DNA of 64,000 nucleotides from Spironucleus salmonicida (Eukaryota): positions 744,001-808,000 of the forward strand of contig NC_090603.1 of NCBI RefSeq assembly GCF_000497125.1, in the 5' to 3' direction. Of this stretch, positions 13,649 through 27,034 are shown one piece after another. Under the pieces are notes generated by a model that was not told where the DNA came from, did not search any database, and worked only from the letters and a program-made list of their open reading frames with translations. A program made the translations under genes and the position numbers. Each line of letters opens with the position of its first letter. Positions within the stretch are counted from its first letter, which is position 1.

Positions 13649-15490
13649 ATGGAATCAGAATCAGAATCATTAAACATGGACTTCATTGATGATGGTCATA
13701 TTGAAAATGTATCAACATTAAAATAAACACCTAAATCTGTTATTCTTAATGACCTCAACAAGTTCAATATTATTCTTGCTGATACAACCAAACCATCATA
13801 AGCTTTAGAAATATTTGAAGAGTTAATTAAAATCAATGCTAAGGCCAAAAACTACTTTACTGAACTCCCATATTCCTTCTGCTAATGTGTGTTAGATCTT
13901 TTTAATACGCAATTTGACGAGGCTATCTTTAATTAAAAACTTTAGAGAAAAGCCAAGTAAAAATTTGACCAATTATTAGTAGACTATGCATTTTTAAAAG
14001 ATAACGCAATTTAATAGCAGTCTAATACTTAAATCCAAGCTTAAACTGAACAAATATCTAAAAGAGATGATGATCTTGATATTAACCGTATTTACTCATT
14101 TTTTGGTATTTCGTTTTAAGAATCCGACGAAATTATTTCTGAATAAACTTAAATGGACGAATAATAGTCTATATAACAAATTTAATCTTCTTGTTTAACT
14201 ATTTATTAATAGGCTTTTAATATTATGACATACTCTCAATCACCATCTTGCAGGGCACATGCCGCACTTTCATACTTAGAAGGAACTCAAAATGAAACAC
14301 ATGATATTCTCCCAACTTTATCTTTCGCGTTCAGAGAAATTTTTGAAAACTCTTTGCAAGAACAATCTTTCACAGTTTAAAAGAAAAAGGAGGTTAGAAC
14401 ATACTATAATAGACTATTAGATGTAGGAGCTCATCTTTCACAGTTTTGTGATTGTTTAAACCATCTCATAATCATCCTTTACTTAAATTCGTCGGAATAC
14501 TTGTAATTAGTATATATTCCAGGATTTATCCGTTCCCTTGCTGATCAGACAGAAATTTCTGATAATTTCATCTTCTCAGAGCCCGAACACTGTGAGGTTT
14601 CTTATAAAGAGTCGATTCTTTTATCAAACTATTCTTATTATAACAATGATTTTAATTAATAATTCAATGAATTCTTAGCAATTTCTCCACTACTCTTTGT
14701 TACTGAGGCAATCAGTAAACTTAACTTTAAAACCAATAAGGTACCGTTTTTATATGCAGCTCTAACTTATATTACTCACGCTACACTTTAATAAACAGAA
14801 GAGTTTATGTCCTTATATTATTTCCCTACACCTGTTCAATAAGTTCAAAAAGTTGTTGAGGTAGCTAAAAAGTCTAATATTTTACCTCTGACAATAAATA
14901 TGGAAGAAGAAATTGTAGAGGAAATAACATTAACTGATATTTAAAAGCTATATTTTACAGTTTTAGCACGTCTTGCAATTAAGCAAATTAACCTATTGAA
15001 CACAAAAAAAGCAGCGTTAAATATCACTAAAATTCTCTCATTTGATGGTACTTTTGATAATAAATTTATCACGAAGTTCTCTCCTAAAAATATCAACAGT
15101 TTGCTCTTTTCTGCAATAGCATTGCGAGTTTTGGATGTTAAAATTTCAGACTTTTACGGTGATTAAAATTTGAAAGATGGAAACACTGAAAATGACTGGG
15201 GAATTATTAAGAAAGTAGTAGATGGTGGACAAGAAGTTGAAGTTAAGGTATTAAGAGCATTTATAAATATGGAGTATATTGGTTAAAATAGGGAAATGGA
15301 TTAAAATAACATATTTAGTGAAATCCCATGCTTTGATATTTTGAAGCCAGCTTTCGATGGAATGTCCGCTAGAGTATTTTTGATGGAAAATACAGGTATT
15401 TTAAGCGAAATTTCAGTTGACGGAGTAATTAGTTTCTTTGGAGTAAGCTAATAAGTTGCTCAAGCAGTTTTACAGCGTATATAGGAATGA
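13649..15490 (+). CDS. 613-aa protein, possibly divergent eIF3 subunit C
   Basis: Acidic N-terminus, then a helical region (ALEIFEELIKINAKAK...ELPYSFCQCVLDL...KAKQKF) resembling the eIF3c N-terminal domain. The ORF is solid; the family call is tentative. Confidence 0.5.
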
Positions 15491-15655
15491 AATTGAGGTT
15501 ATTTAAGATCATATTATATGTAAATATTATATAAATATTAACACTTTTTAGATGATAATTAGTAGTTAAAATTAATCAATAAACAATTGATGCAATAATC
15601 ATAAATTTTTGTGATTATAGTTTATGAATTATCAAATAGTTAATAGACAATAATT

Positions 15656-16537
15656 TCATGGTTTATAATAAACTTGACTTTTACTAATAAAATATTTTAG
15701 CCAGGTTGAAAAAATATTATTTTTGTAATTCGGTATATAATTTTTATGTTATATTTAAAGAATTAACAGAATTTTAGCACCAGTTGGAAGTGCGATCCAC
15801 TCGATCACGCATACTCTTTCTACGTCGATGACGAAGATCTGGGCGGTCGTGACCGAGAGAATGAAGCCCTCTCTGCTGAACAAAACTCCGAGGTCCTTCT
15901 GCATCTCTGGATGTTTTTGCATTACCGTTTCGAGCTGAACCGCGTCCTTGAGCGAGAGTGTCTGGTCGATGACGCTGTCCTCGACTGAGAAGGAAAAAAT
16001 CTTGCACGAGGGGCTGCATGCGTATATTTTGTTCCTGAAGAAGCAGCCACCGTGGAACGTATTTTTGCGGAGTTTGGTGCCTATCTGGACATCGGGGAGG
16101 AGCAAAAGCTTCGTGAGCGTGGAGACGATGATTTGGTGCTTGGACGAGTTGATCTGGACGATCGCGGAGTCGAACTGCTCGGAGAAAGCGACCTGGTCCG
16201 AGTCGATAGAGTACGTGAAGAGCTGCCCAGTGCTGGTCCCAAGGTACAGCAGCTCGTTGGCGAAGTGGATGGTGGTCACTCCCTTGACCTCGTAGGACGA
16301 GTGGTGGGTGGACTGGGTGAATATTTCGGTACCGAGGAAGCCCGTGGCTATGGTGAAGAACTGGAACGTGAGGAATTGTTGGACGACCTGCTTGATCTGG
16401 AGGGGGAGGCGCCTGCCGTCAACCGAGATCTGGGTGTCCGAGAGCTGGTAGACGAGGCCGTCGCGGGATACCTGGTACTGGTACTGGGGGCTGTAGTCCT
16501 TCGGCAGCGCGAATGAGCGCTGGGACTTGTGGTACAT
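15656..16537 (-). pseudogene. 3'-truncated copy of the HPS5/TECPR2-like gene with a tail from unique flanking DNA
   Basis: Matches 36423-37190 until 15770, then runs about 37 codons into AT-rich DNA to TGA at 15656; carries YACSP instead of YACRP. Confidence 0.75.
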
Positions 16538-16575
16538 TTTGAGGCTGGGCCGGATATACAGTGACAATATAATAA

Positions 16576-18444
<1,869 letters not shown>

Positions 18445-18464
18445 TTATTTAAATTTCTGCAAAA

Positions 18465-19577
18465 ATGTCATTCCAGCCTACACTTTTGCTGCCGCCGCTG
18501 CTCCCCCCGGCTTCCTGCTCGGCGGAGATAAATAAATTGCTGGATCAGACCCATTACTACTTCCAGCAGAGGAGCTTCCAGGAGGCCCGCACGCGCCTCT
18601 ACGAGGCCTACGCGCTGTTTCAGGAGCGGGACGCGCTCTTCGACTACTACAAGTGCTACTTCCACACGATGAACGGCTACCTGCTGTTCCTCATGGTGCA
18701 GTACGACGCGTACGCGGAGCTCACCCCGGACCCCGCGAAGTTCCTCCAGCTCGCCATGGTCTCGCTCATCGACGCGATCGACATCTCCCAGAACCTGCAG
18801 ACCGCCGACCGCGCCGTCCCGCGCTTCTACATCGGCTTCCTGTACTTCTCGCTGCACAAGTTCGGCCTGGCGCTCCGGTTCTTCCGGCAGGCGGAGACGC
18901 TGGCCCTCTCGGCCGAGGGCGCGTCCAGCGCGATCAGCACGATGGCGAGCTACGACGTGGCGGTGTGCGCGCTGCGGGGGCTGCAGAGCGGCCTGAGCGT
19001 GAAGTACGGGGAGCAGCGGATGGCGTACCAGAAGGAGAACCTGGTCGTCGTCCAGCCCGAGACCATGCGTCTGGACAACCCGCGCTTCGAGCAGCAGACG
19101 GAGGGCCGGTTCGATATCGTCGACACCGTGAGCCAGGCCGAGATCGAGCGCCTGGGCTTCGTCGGGCTGACGAGGGCGGAGGTCCCCGAGGGCCAGCTCC
19201 GGTTCGACTTCCCGGACCAGATGGACAACCGCAAGACCAAGCAGCACGTCCTGGCGCTGAACGAGGAGTTCCGGCGCCTGGGTGCCCAGTTCCGGCGCTC
19301 CGTCGGCGAGAGCCACGTCTACACCAACCAGTGCCAGCTGGCCGTCGCCGAGTGCCAGCGGCTGTCCGAGGCGGCGACCGAGCTGCTCGAGTACGACGGG
19401 GTGCTGCGGACGCGGCCCGCCGGCATCCTCACGGACATCCACGACCAAGGGGACTACGTCTCGCGGGCCCTGGACCAGTTCGGGGCCAAGTTCGCGAAGA
19501 TCCCCAAGCGCGCGCTGTACGTGGAGGTCAAGAGCGGGAAGAAGAAGGGCAAGAAAGGCAAGAAGGGCAAGAAGTGA
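18465..19577 (+). CDS. TPR-like helical protein with Lys/Gly-rich C-tail, copy 1
   Basis: 370-aa ORF with strong GC3 bias; TPR-like segment FYIGFLYFSLHKFGLALRFFRQA; ends KKKGKKGKKGKK. Confidence 0.75.
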   Translation: MSFQPTLLLPPLLPPASCSAEINKLLDQTHYYFQQRSFQEARTRLYEAYALFQERDALFDYYKCYFHTMNGYLLFLMVQYDAYAELTPDPAKFLQLAMVSLIDAIDISQNLQTADRAVPRFYIGFLYFSLHKFGLALRFFRQAETLALSAEGASSAISTMASYDVAVCALRGLQSGLSVKYGEQRMAYQKENLVVVQPETMRLDNPRFEQQTEGRFDIVDTVSQAEIERLGFVGLTRAEVPEGQLRFDFPDQMDNRKTKQHVLALNEEFRRLGAQFRRSVGESHVYTNQCQLAVAECQRLSEAATELLEYDGVLRTRPAGILTDIHDQGDYVSRALDQFGAKFAKIPKRALYVEVKSGKKKGKKGKKGKK

Positions 19578-19709
19578 GTGGCGAGTATTACGTTTACGCC
19601 TGCCTTCGGGCGTCGGCCCTGGGCTGGGACGGAACTGCGCGCAGCAGGGCCAGCGAGTGTAGGGGTGCTCTTTCCATGCCCGAGGGCGAGCTCAACTGAA
19701 AACAATCGA

Positions 19710-20357
19710 TCACTTCTTGGACCTCCTGATGAAGTAGAACGCGAGGCCCCCGCCGATGGCGCCCACGGCCACCAGGGCTCCGATCACGATGCCCACTGTC
19801 GCGCCGGTCGAGAGTTTGTTGCTGGGATCCGATGGGTCAGGAACGGGGGCAGGTGGAACTGGAATAGGGGGTTCTGGCTCTGGCTCTGGGTTAGGATTGG
19901 GGTCAGGCACGGGAACCGCCTCGGCTGTCACGCACAGTATTCCGACCATCTCATAGCCCTTTTCGCACAGCGTGCAGTCGCCGGTTGAGTCAGTGGTCAT
20001 GTGGGGGAGGCATTGGTTGCAGGAGAAGCTAGTGCTGTCCACAGCACAGTTTGCACAGTTAGTTTTCTCCCCACAGGTACAGGCCGATGTCGAGGCTGCT
20101 GTACAAACAGTAAGCACACTGTCATTGCAGAACTTCGAATTAACCACGGCACTACACGTCCTCGTGCAGGTGCCGGTGATGGTGGTGGTGCCCAACGTTT
20201 TCTTGCTGTCGCACTCTGCGCAAAACGTAGCGGAGGTGCACACCTTGCAGCCCGCAGCGCACGGCATGCACTTCTTGGTAGTCGTGTCGCAGTAGCCAGA
20301 GCCTCCGTCGCGGCACTCCTTATTCGTGGTGCAGTCGATTCCATCCGCTGCTTCCAT
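19710..20357 (-). CDS. Cysteine-rich membrane protein (CRMP1-type) A, copy 1
   Basis: CxxC repeats, one CxC, Pro-rich stalk, TM helix, RRSKK tail; start at MEAADGIDC inferred from the paralog. Confidence 0.88.
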   Translation of the reverse strand: MEAADGIDCTTNKECRDGGSGYCDTTTKKCMPCAAGCKVCTSATFCAECDSKKTLGTTTITGTCTRTCSAVVNSKFCNDSVLTVCTAASTSACTCGEKTNCANCAVDSTSFSCNQCLPHMTTDSTGDCTLCEKGYEMVGILCVTAEAVPVPDPNPNPEPEPEPPIPVPPAPVPDPSDPSNKLSTGATVGIVIGALVAVGAIGGGLAFYFIRRSKK

Positions 20358-20789
20358 TCTTGTTTCGAAATATCCTGAGACGCAGTATTGGAACGATACA
20401 GACCGGAATGCGTTTTTTCCAAAGCCGGCAATATGCATTTATAACAGATAATACCGATATTTAAAAACAAACATTTCTAGTATAACCCAGTATCAGGGCC
20501 GAACCGCAACATCCCGAGCATGTCGCTGCCGAGGCACGGGACCAGCCTTCTCGACCCATGCCCATGCTCCTAACACTCGCACCGCGGGCACAGTCGGCCG
20601 GCACGGAGTCGCACCTCGCATGCCGCGCAGTGTGCGCCGTCGGTTCCGGAGAGGCAGGGGACGCTGGGCAGAGTTTTCGGAGCCGGTGCCGGGCAGCGTG
20701 GGCTGGAGTATCTCAGCACCTAGTACCGCCCTCGGGCGCGTGGCCGACCCACCCGCGAGAGTCGGGAAGGACCAGGGACCAAAGCCAGC

Positions 20790-21581
20790 TCACTCCGCGC
20801 CTTCGTCCCCCAGCACCATGTTGCCGTTCAGCCGCGCCTCCACGCTGCCCAGGGCCCCGCGCTCCACGATGCGGTCGAACTCGTCGGCCTGGTACTCGGC
20901 GCCGAGCAGGAAGTCCGCCATGCCCACGAGCGCGCCGCCGCTCCGCACGTTGCGGTAGAGCGTCTCCCCGCTGAGCAGGGCGCGGTCGGCGTCCGCGCTG
21001 GAGGTGGCGACGCACGCGAGCGCGACGACCCCGGCGAGGCAGCCCTGGGCCATGGCGAGGTAGGCGTGGAGGTCCGCGAGCACGAAGCGGTCGCGGTTCA
21101 GCAGGTGCAGCGCCGCGAGGCCGAGCACGACCGCCGCGAGCGCGAGGACGGCCCGGACGATGGCCAGCGCCTCGCCCCGGAGCGTGCGGAGCCCCCGGAG
21201 GCGGTCCACGCGCGCCTGGAGGCCGAGCAGCTCGAGGGCGCACAGGCAGTCCGCGGCGCCGAGCAGGGTGTAGAGCCCCAGGAAGAAGTAGAGCGAGGGG
21301 CGCGCCAGGAACACCACGGCCGGGGACAGGAAGGCGAGCCGGTAGACCTGCCCGACCGCCGAGCGCACCTTCAGCACCTCGTAGGTGAAGACCTGCCGCG
21401 CCTGGATCTGGGCCGTGCCCGCCCCCCGCAGCGCAGCGAGCAGGGACATCTTGCGGGGGCGCTCCTCGGCCTCGGCGGCGGCCTGCTCGGCGCGGGGCGG
21501 CTGCTTGGCCGGCCTGGCGAACTCCGGGATGCGCTGGGGCTGGAAGGCGTGGCGGCCGTCCTGCGGCACGACGGTGTACAT
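20790..21581 (-). CDS. Hypothetical membrane protein, copy 1
   Basis: 263-aa ORF with 3-4 hydrophobic helices and GC3 bias; ends GAG-TGA. Confidence 0.72.
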   Translation of the reverse strand: MYTVVPQDGRHAFQPQRIPEFARPAKQPPRAEQAAAEAEERPRKMSLLAALRGAGTAQIQARQVFTYEVLKVRSAVGQVYRLAFLSPAVVFLARPSLYFFLGLYTLLGAADCLCALELLGLQARVDRLRGLRTLRGEALAIVRAVLALAAVVLGLAALHLLNRDRFVLADLHAYLAMAQGCLAGVVALACVATSSADADRALLSGETLYRNVRSGGALVGMADFLLGAEYQADEFDRIVERGALGSVEARLNGNMVLGDEGAE

Positions 21582-21803
21582 TCTGGAGTTCGGGCGGCGG
21601 GGGTATAATAATGGGGTGGAGCGGGCCGGATGGAGCGGCGGGTGCGGGCCCCCGAAGCCACCTTTACGCCCCGAAGCCGCGCGGCGCCGCCTCAGCGCGC
21701 GAGTCGGCGTGAGTTGCGGAAATCACAAATCCCGAGCGCGAGCCAATATTATGTCCTCCCCGCCGATCCCCGCCAAATCCAAATCCGCCACTCCCTCAAT
21801 CTC

Positions 21804-22712
21804 ATGACGGACATGAAGAACGCCAACTTCCCCGTGGACGCCGACAACAGGACGTACCACCTGTACCTCAAGCGCGGCGAGGTGGCCCCCAGGGTCATCA
21901 CCGTCGGCGACCTCTCGCGCGCGCTGCTCTTCGCGAAGCTGCCCGGCTTCAAGATCATGTTCGTGAGGCAGGCGCCCAGGCTCTTCACGACCATCACCGG
22001 GACCTACAAGGACGTGCCCGTCACCATCATCGTCTCGCTCATGGGCATCCCCAACATGGACTTCACCGTCCGCGAGCTCCGCTACGTCATCGAGGGCCCC
22101 ATGTCCATGATCCGCATCGGCTCCTGCGGCTCCCCCGCCCCGTTCACCAAGGTGGGCGACCTGGTGGTGCCCAAGTTCCACCACACCGTGCTCCGCCTGC
22201 CCGACGCGTACCTGTCCACCGACGTCAGCGAGAAGTTCCACATCTCCAAGGCCATGCAGGGCGACGACAAGCTCCACGAGCTGCTCATGGCGGAGTGCAA
22301 GAAGACCGGCAAGAAAGTCTACGACGGCCACAACATCTCCGCCTGCTCCTTCTACTCCTCCCAGGGCAGGACCGACGCCAACTTCCAGGACCACAACGAG
22401 GCGCTCATCGACTACCTCGTGGGCCAGATCCCCGACCTCGTCGGCATCGAGATGGAGTCCGCCCACCTCATCGACCTCGCCCGCATCGCCACCGTGCCCA
22501 TCTACGCCGCCGCCGGCCAGCTCGTGCTCGCCCAGAGGAAGTCCCAGGCCTTCCTCTCCAACGACGAGAAGCACGCCGTCGAGCGCGAGATCGGCATCGC
22601 CGCCCTCGAGACCGCCATCGCCTTCGTGATCCCGGGCATGGTCGAGCAGCCCGGCGCCGTCTGGAAGGAGTTCAAAGGTGAGATCCTCGGCGACGCCAAG
22701 GCCATCCAGTGA
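21804..22712 (+). CDS. Uridine/purine nucleoside phosphorylase (PNP/UDP family), copy 1
   Basis: RTYHL, ITVGD, MGIPNMD, IRIGSCGS, SFYSSQGR, IEMESA; ATG preceded by a C-rich tract. Confidence 0.88.
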   Translation: MTDMKNANFPVDADNRTYHLYLKRGEVAPRVITVGDLSRALLFAKLPGFKIMFVRQAPRLFTTITGTYKDVPVTIIVSLMGIPNMDFTVRELRYVIEGPMSMIRIGSCGSPAPFTKVGDLVVPKFHHTVLRLPDAYLSTDVSEKFHISKAMQGDDKLHELLMAECKKTGKKVYDGHNISACSFYSSQGRTDANFQDHNEALIDYLVGQIPDLVGIEMESAHLIDLARIATVPIYAAAGQLVLAQRKSQAFLSNDEKHAVEREIGIAALETAIAFVIPGMVEQPGAVWKEFKGEILGDAKAIQ

Positions 22713-22721
22713 CCGTGTTCC

Positions 22722-23594
22722 TCACTCCCCCCTGCTCTCCGCCGCGAGGCGCCTCAGCTCCGCCTCCACCTCGCGCCGCACGCGGCCGTCCGGGAAGGGC
22801 GCCGTGTCGTACTTCCCGGGGCCCAGGCCCTCCGCTCCCCGCGGCGGCTGCTGCATCCGCCGGTCGTGCTCGTTCACGCGCCACTCGGGGGCGTGGGCGC
22901 TCACCTTCTTGAACGCCGCCTGCACGCCCGCGTCGTAGTCCGTGCCCCGGCGCACCTTGAGCGCCTTGTCGGAGCGGTTGATGCCCGGCCCGCCCCCGGG
23001 GGCCTCGCGCCGCCCGCACTGCCCCACCTGGGCGCCCGCCATGGCCCGCTCGGCCCGCACGCCCAGCTTGCGCTCGCGCATCTCCTTCAGCCGCTGCCGG
23101 TCCGCGTCGCCCAGCGCCCAGGCCGCCAGGGGCCCGAGCCGGCTGGTCTGGAGCTGGGACAGCGGCCGCGGCCTGCCCCGCTGCTCGAAGTCGAAGCGGT
23201 ACGAGCGCGCGATGTAGGCGCTGGTCTTGCGCTCCTGCTCCGCGGCCCGCTCCCGCTCGGCCCGCTGCTGGGCGCGCAGCTCGGTGCCCAGGACGTAGGG
23301 GCGCTGCGTGCCGTGGCCGTGGAAGGCGCGGACGGCGCGGAGGAGCTGCTGCTGCTCGGTGGCGTGGTACTTGCCGATGTCCCGGACCACGCGCTCCTCG
23401 AAGTCGGAGGAGGAGGACTCGAACCACTGCCTCTTGGCGGGCGCGAGGTTGTTCTGGATGCGCTGCCGGTTCGTCGGCACGGGCCGGTGCTCCAGGTAGT
23501 GCAGGATGGCGTCCGCCTCCTCGCACACCACCTCCCGCGGCACCACGCGCACCGTGAGCTTCGCCGCCGAGGACAGCGAGCGCTGGGTCTGCAT
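22722..23594 (-). CDS. Hypothetical protein with a SHIPPO-like GPGKY motif, copy 1
   Basis: 290-aa ORF with GC3 bias; GLGPGKYD; ends GAG-TGA. Confidence 0.68.
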   Translation of the reverse strand: MQTQRSLSSAAKLTVRVVPREVVCEEADAILHYLEHRPVPTNRQRIQNNLAPAKRQWFESSSSDFEERVVRDIGKYHATEQQQLLRAVRAFHGHGTQRPYVLGTELRAQQRAERERAAEQERKTSAYIARSYRFDFEQRGRPRPLSQLQTSRLGPLAAWALGDADRQRLKEMRERKLGVRAERAMAGAQVGQCGRREAPGGGPGINRSDKALKVRRGTDYDAGVQAAFKKVSAHAPEWRVNEHDRRMQQPPRGAEGLGPGKYDTAPFPDGRVRREVEAELRRLAAESRGE

Positions 23595-23825
23595 TTTGGA
23601 GCGGGGTCGGCCCGGCCCCCAGCTGCCCGCACCGCGCCGCCAGGGCCGCCCGGAGCGCGTCGCTGGCCGCGGCGTCCCACTGCAGCTTCGCCCCCGCGAG
23701 CAGCCGCCCGAACGCCAGCACCACGTACGGCCCGCAGTCAGCGCCGTTCTCCTAAGCTAATTTATTCAATGTGAGATTATAATTTAACATTACTGAAACT
23801 AATTAATAAAGAATAAAACAACAAA

Positions 23826-24173
23826 TCATAACATTTCAATCTGATGCAACATAGCAGACACATCAATACTATTTAAAATTGCGACAGCACCTGCTGACCT
23901 CGATACTTAAGCAGCTCTACCGATACCTTCTTACTCAGATACAAATACGTAAGGTATACCTTTATCTTCACAAACTAATGGTAAAGCTAAAGCAACTTCT
24001 AATGGAGATGCATTAGCAGCAATAATAATCAAAGCTGCTTAACCACGCATTGCTTACTTTGTTGCTTCGTTTATACCAACTTTCAGACTAGACTGCTTCT
24101 AAGCGGTTTCGATAAGATTGTAAATTTATCCTTCAAGATTTTTAGTAGCAAGAGGAGTAGCGCGAGGGTCCAT
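23826..24173 (-). CDS. SNU13: Snu13/15.5K (L7Ae family) RNA-binding protein
   Basis: [58 protein letters not shown]; 115 aa. Confidence 0.85.
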
Positions 24174-24303
24174 TTGAGGAGTGGAGCGTGAAAAGCTAAT
24201 AATCACTTTTATATTATATAAAATGCATTATATTTTATGTAATTACTAGCTATTATTATACAATAATTTAAACTTTTAAATTAAATTTTACTTGAAATAC
24301 AAA

Positions 24304-25032
24304 ATGAATAGGAACCTATTCTGCACACTATACCAGCCAAAATAATTAATTGACAACACTTAGGAAGTACGGCGCCAGAAAGAGCTGAATCTAATTAACT
24401 AATTCCAAATTAACAGATAAATGCAATATTACAAACAATAATCGATCGCAGACCAGCCATAAATTCCTGAAAACTACATTGTGAACCAGCGAAATGCCCA
24501 AATAAGCGGCAAAAAGCTCGAAATCGCTCTCCTGAACACCCCGCAGCCAATCTACATCAACAACACGCCCAAAACGCACTGCCAAAATGACTCCCTCGCA
24601 ATCAACTACAAACTCTCTAAACCGACGCCATCGACCCCCAAAAACGTCAAAAAGCTCGCAAACGACGCATTTGCAGTCCTCGAAAAAACGAAAGTGAAAC
24701 AGCGCATTTTCGAGGGCAAAACTGCTTCGAAAATCGACTACAAAATCCACTTCGTGCCCGAGTACGAACGCCGCGCGAACGAGCGCAAAAAGTACGAAAT
24801 CGATGTCCAGCTTTTCGACATATTAATGTATTAAAGGCAGAATGGCACATTCGTAGAAACCGAAAAGCACGACAGAATACCGCTGATGCGCCAGTTCGAG
24901 GAGGTGGAGCAGGCGGTTCCGGAGGGGCTCAGGAAGTACAAGGACACGATGAGCCAGGAGCAGTTCCAGCAGCTGAAGCTGCAGAACAACCTGGCCGAGG
25001 AGGCGCTCAAAATCCTAGGCGCGCAGAAGTGA
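24304..25032 (+). CDS. Hypothetical protein (242 aa)
   Basis: Code-6 ORF containing track ORF 24481-24834; ends AAG-TGA. Confidence 0.72.
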
Positions 25033-25046
25033 AAATCGTGGATTGC

Positions 25047-26990
25047 TCACTGCGCGTATGCCGGAATCTCCATGCGGTCTATCGGGCAGACCCGGTTCTC
25101 GTCCAGCCAGCTCCTGAGGCAATCGGAGTGGAAAATATGGCCACAGGGCGTTATCCAGGCTTGGTAGGTTTCTTTCTCGATCAAGTTTTCGGATAATAGC
25201 TTTAATTCTTACTATTTGAATTTTTTTCCGCAAATATTCAAAATTTCGTACGCGTTTTGGGCCTTCAGGATTTCGACCTCAGCGAGGCAGATTTAGCAGG
25301 CTACTTTGATGTTTTCTGGGTGGATCAGAGCGAAACAGCAGGTATTTGCAAGGGGGAGAATTTGCTCGTATTTGTGCAGTTCTGGGACGTTTTGGTTGAA
25401 AAGCTCGCTGTGGGAATGACCTGGGTTGTCGCATTTCGAATTTCCCGTGAAAGGAACTGGAATTAAAGCAGAAAAGAAATCTGAAAATTGAATATTTTTA
25501 AGTGTCTCTGCGTTAAAATTCTGGCTATGATAAGAAAATTGGTTGACTTTCGCGTTGAAAAGCCCGAATCGAGGGCCTAAAAAGTACTAAAGGATGTAGA
25601 TTAGGTTCTGAATGAGCAAAACACATAAAATAGTGATTAACCAGGATTTACGAAATTCAAATTAAAATGCATTTTCTACTCCAAAGCAGTATATCAGCAA
25701 AAATACTTTTACCACACAATTTACTAGAGTGAAATATAGAGGATAACATACTTTGCCATCGGCTTTTATAAATTTATGCAAAATTGCAATTAGCAGGTAA
25801 CTGCTCATAATAAGACACAAAATTAAAGTTGCCAAATAAGGAACGAAAAATGCAATTAAAAGGAGAATTAGACCAGGACAAATCATAGAAAATGTTAGGC
25901 CTAGAAGTACGAATAAGTACTTTTTAAAGTTAGTCATAAATTAATTCGCAAAGATTTAAATTTTTAAAACTGCATGTAAGAGAACTGGCACAAGAACTAC
26001 AAATCCAAAGAATGCTAGTAAGGCAGCGATATTTCTGAGGCCTGGTATTTGAGAAGTTGAAATTATGAAAAGAATTGAACATAAATATTCTGAGTTCAGA
26101 TGGAAGATGACAGAAGGGAGTGAAAGTGCTTAAATTCTAGCTGGAGATTGATATTTAATAACATAAGTAACAGCTACAAATGCGAGTAAGAACTCAAGAA
26201 CAAGGAAAACTGCAAAAAAGCTAGCTCCCGCATGCTCACTTTAAGCTGAATTAGAAATGGGGCCTATCCCTGAAAATTCAAAAGAGCAGTTGTTAGAAAA
26301 AAGTTAGTATGTAATTTATGGCACTTCTTCTAAAGTATCAGATATTTTTTTAGATAGAATATGCCATTAGCGTCTTATTTGATTGTCTGGAAGGTATTAG
26401 GATGTTATACTGTTTCTAGTAGTTTTTCCATATTCAAAAAGGAGGTATACATCACATGACTTTCGTTTAATTTCGTTATTGTCTGCCTTTTCAATAATTT
26501 TTGGATCATTAGTATAAAATATATTAAGAAGTTAGCTGCTTGGGTTTTTGAGGAACTCGATGGCCTATGTTTCATTAAATGTTATTTTAGCAGACTCAAA
26601 AAGCGTGAAAAATACTCCCTATAAAATGCCTTTTTAAGTTTCTGGGTAGTATACTCCCTTAAAATCAAGTGCTTTTGACTGGTCGGATGAAAAGTTACCA
26701 TCTATGTAGAAAACAGATGCAGAAATATTTCTAGGTAAAGTTGCGCGGCTGGTCTTATTTTCTTGGGTCTCATTATAGAACTTTGTATCGAACGTTGTAT
26801 CAATGATACTGACACCTACTGGGAAACTTCCATCTTTAGCTGTACGCTTAAATGCAAGCAATTTTTATGAACCTTATGATAATTTAGCAGTAGTACCAAA
26901 TGATAGAGATGCTGATAAATCCTTCTAGTCAGCAATAACTGGATATACTGGAGGCTTTGGTCCATATGCTAAAATTAGTATAATCTACAT
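25047..26990 (-). CDS. Transmembrane RING-H2 E3 ligase, Tul1/Dsc1-like
   Basis: Lumenal N-terminus, multiple TMs, QYFLGPRFGL, CQIC...TPCGHIFHSDCLRSWLDENRVCPIDR; 647 aa. Confidence 0.85.
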
Positions 26991-27034
26991 TCAGTGAAAT
27001 GGTGATTGATAAATTTTATACCAATATATCTAAG

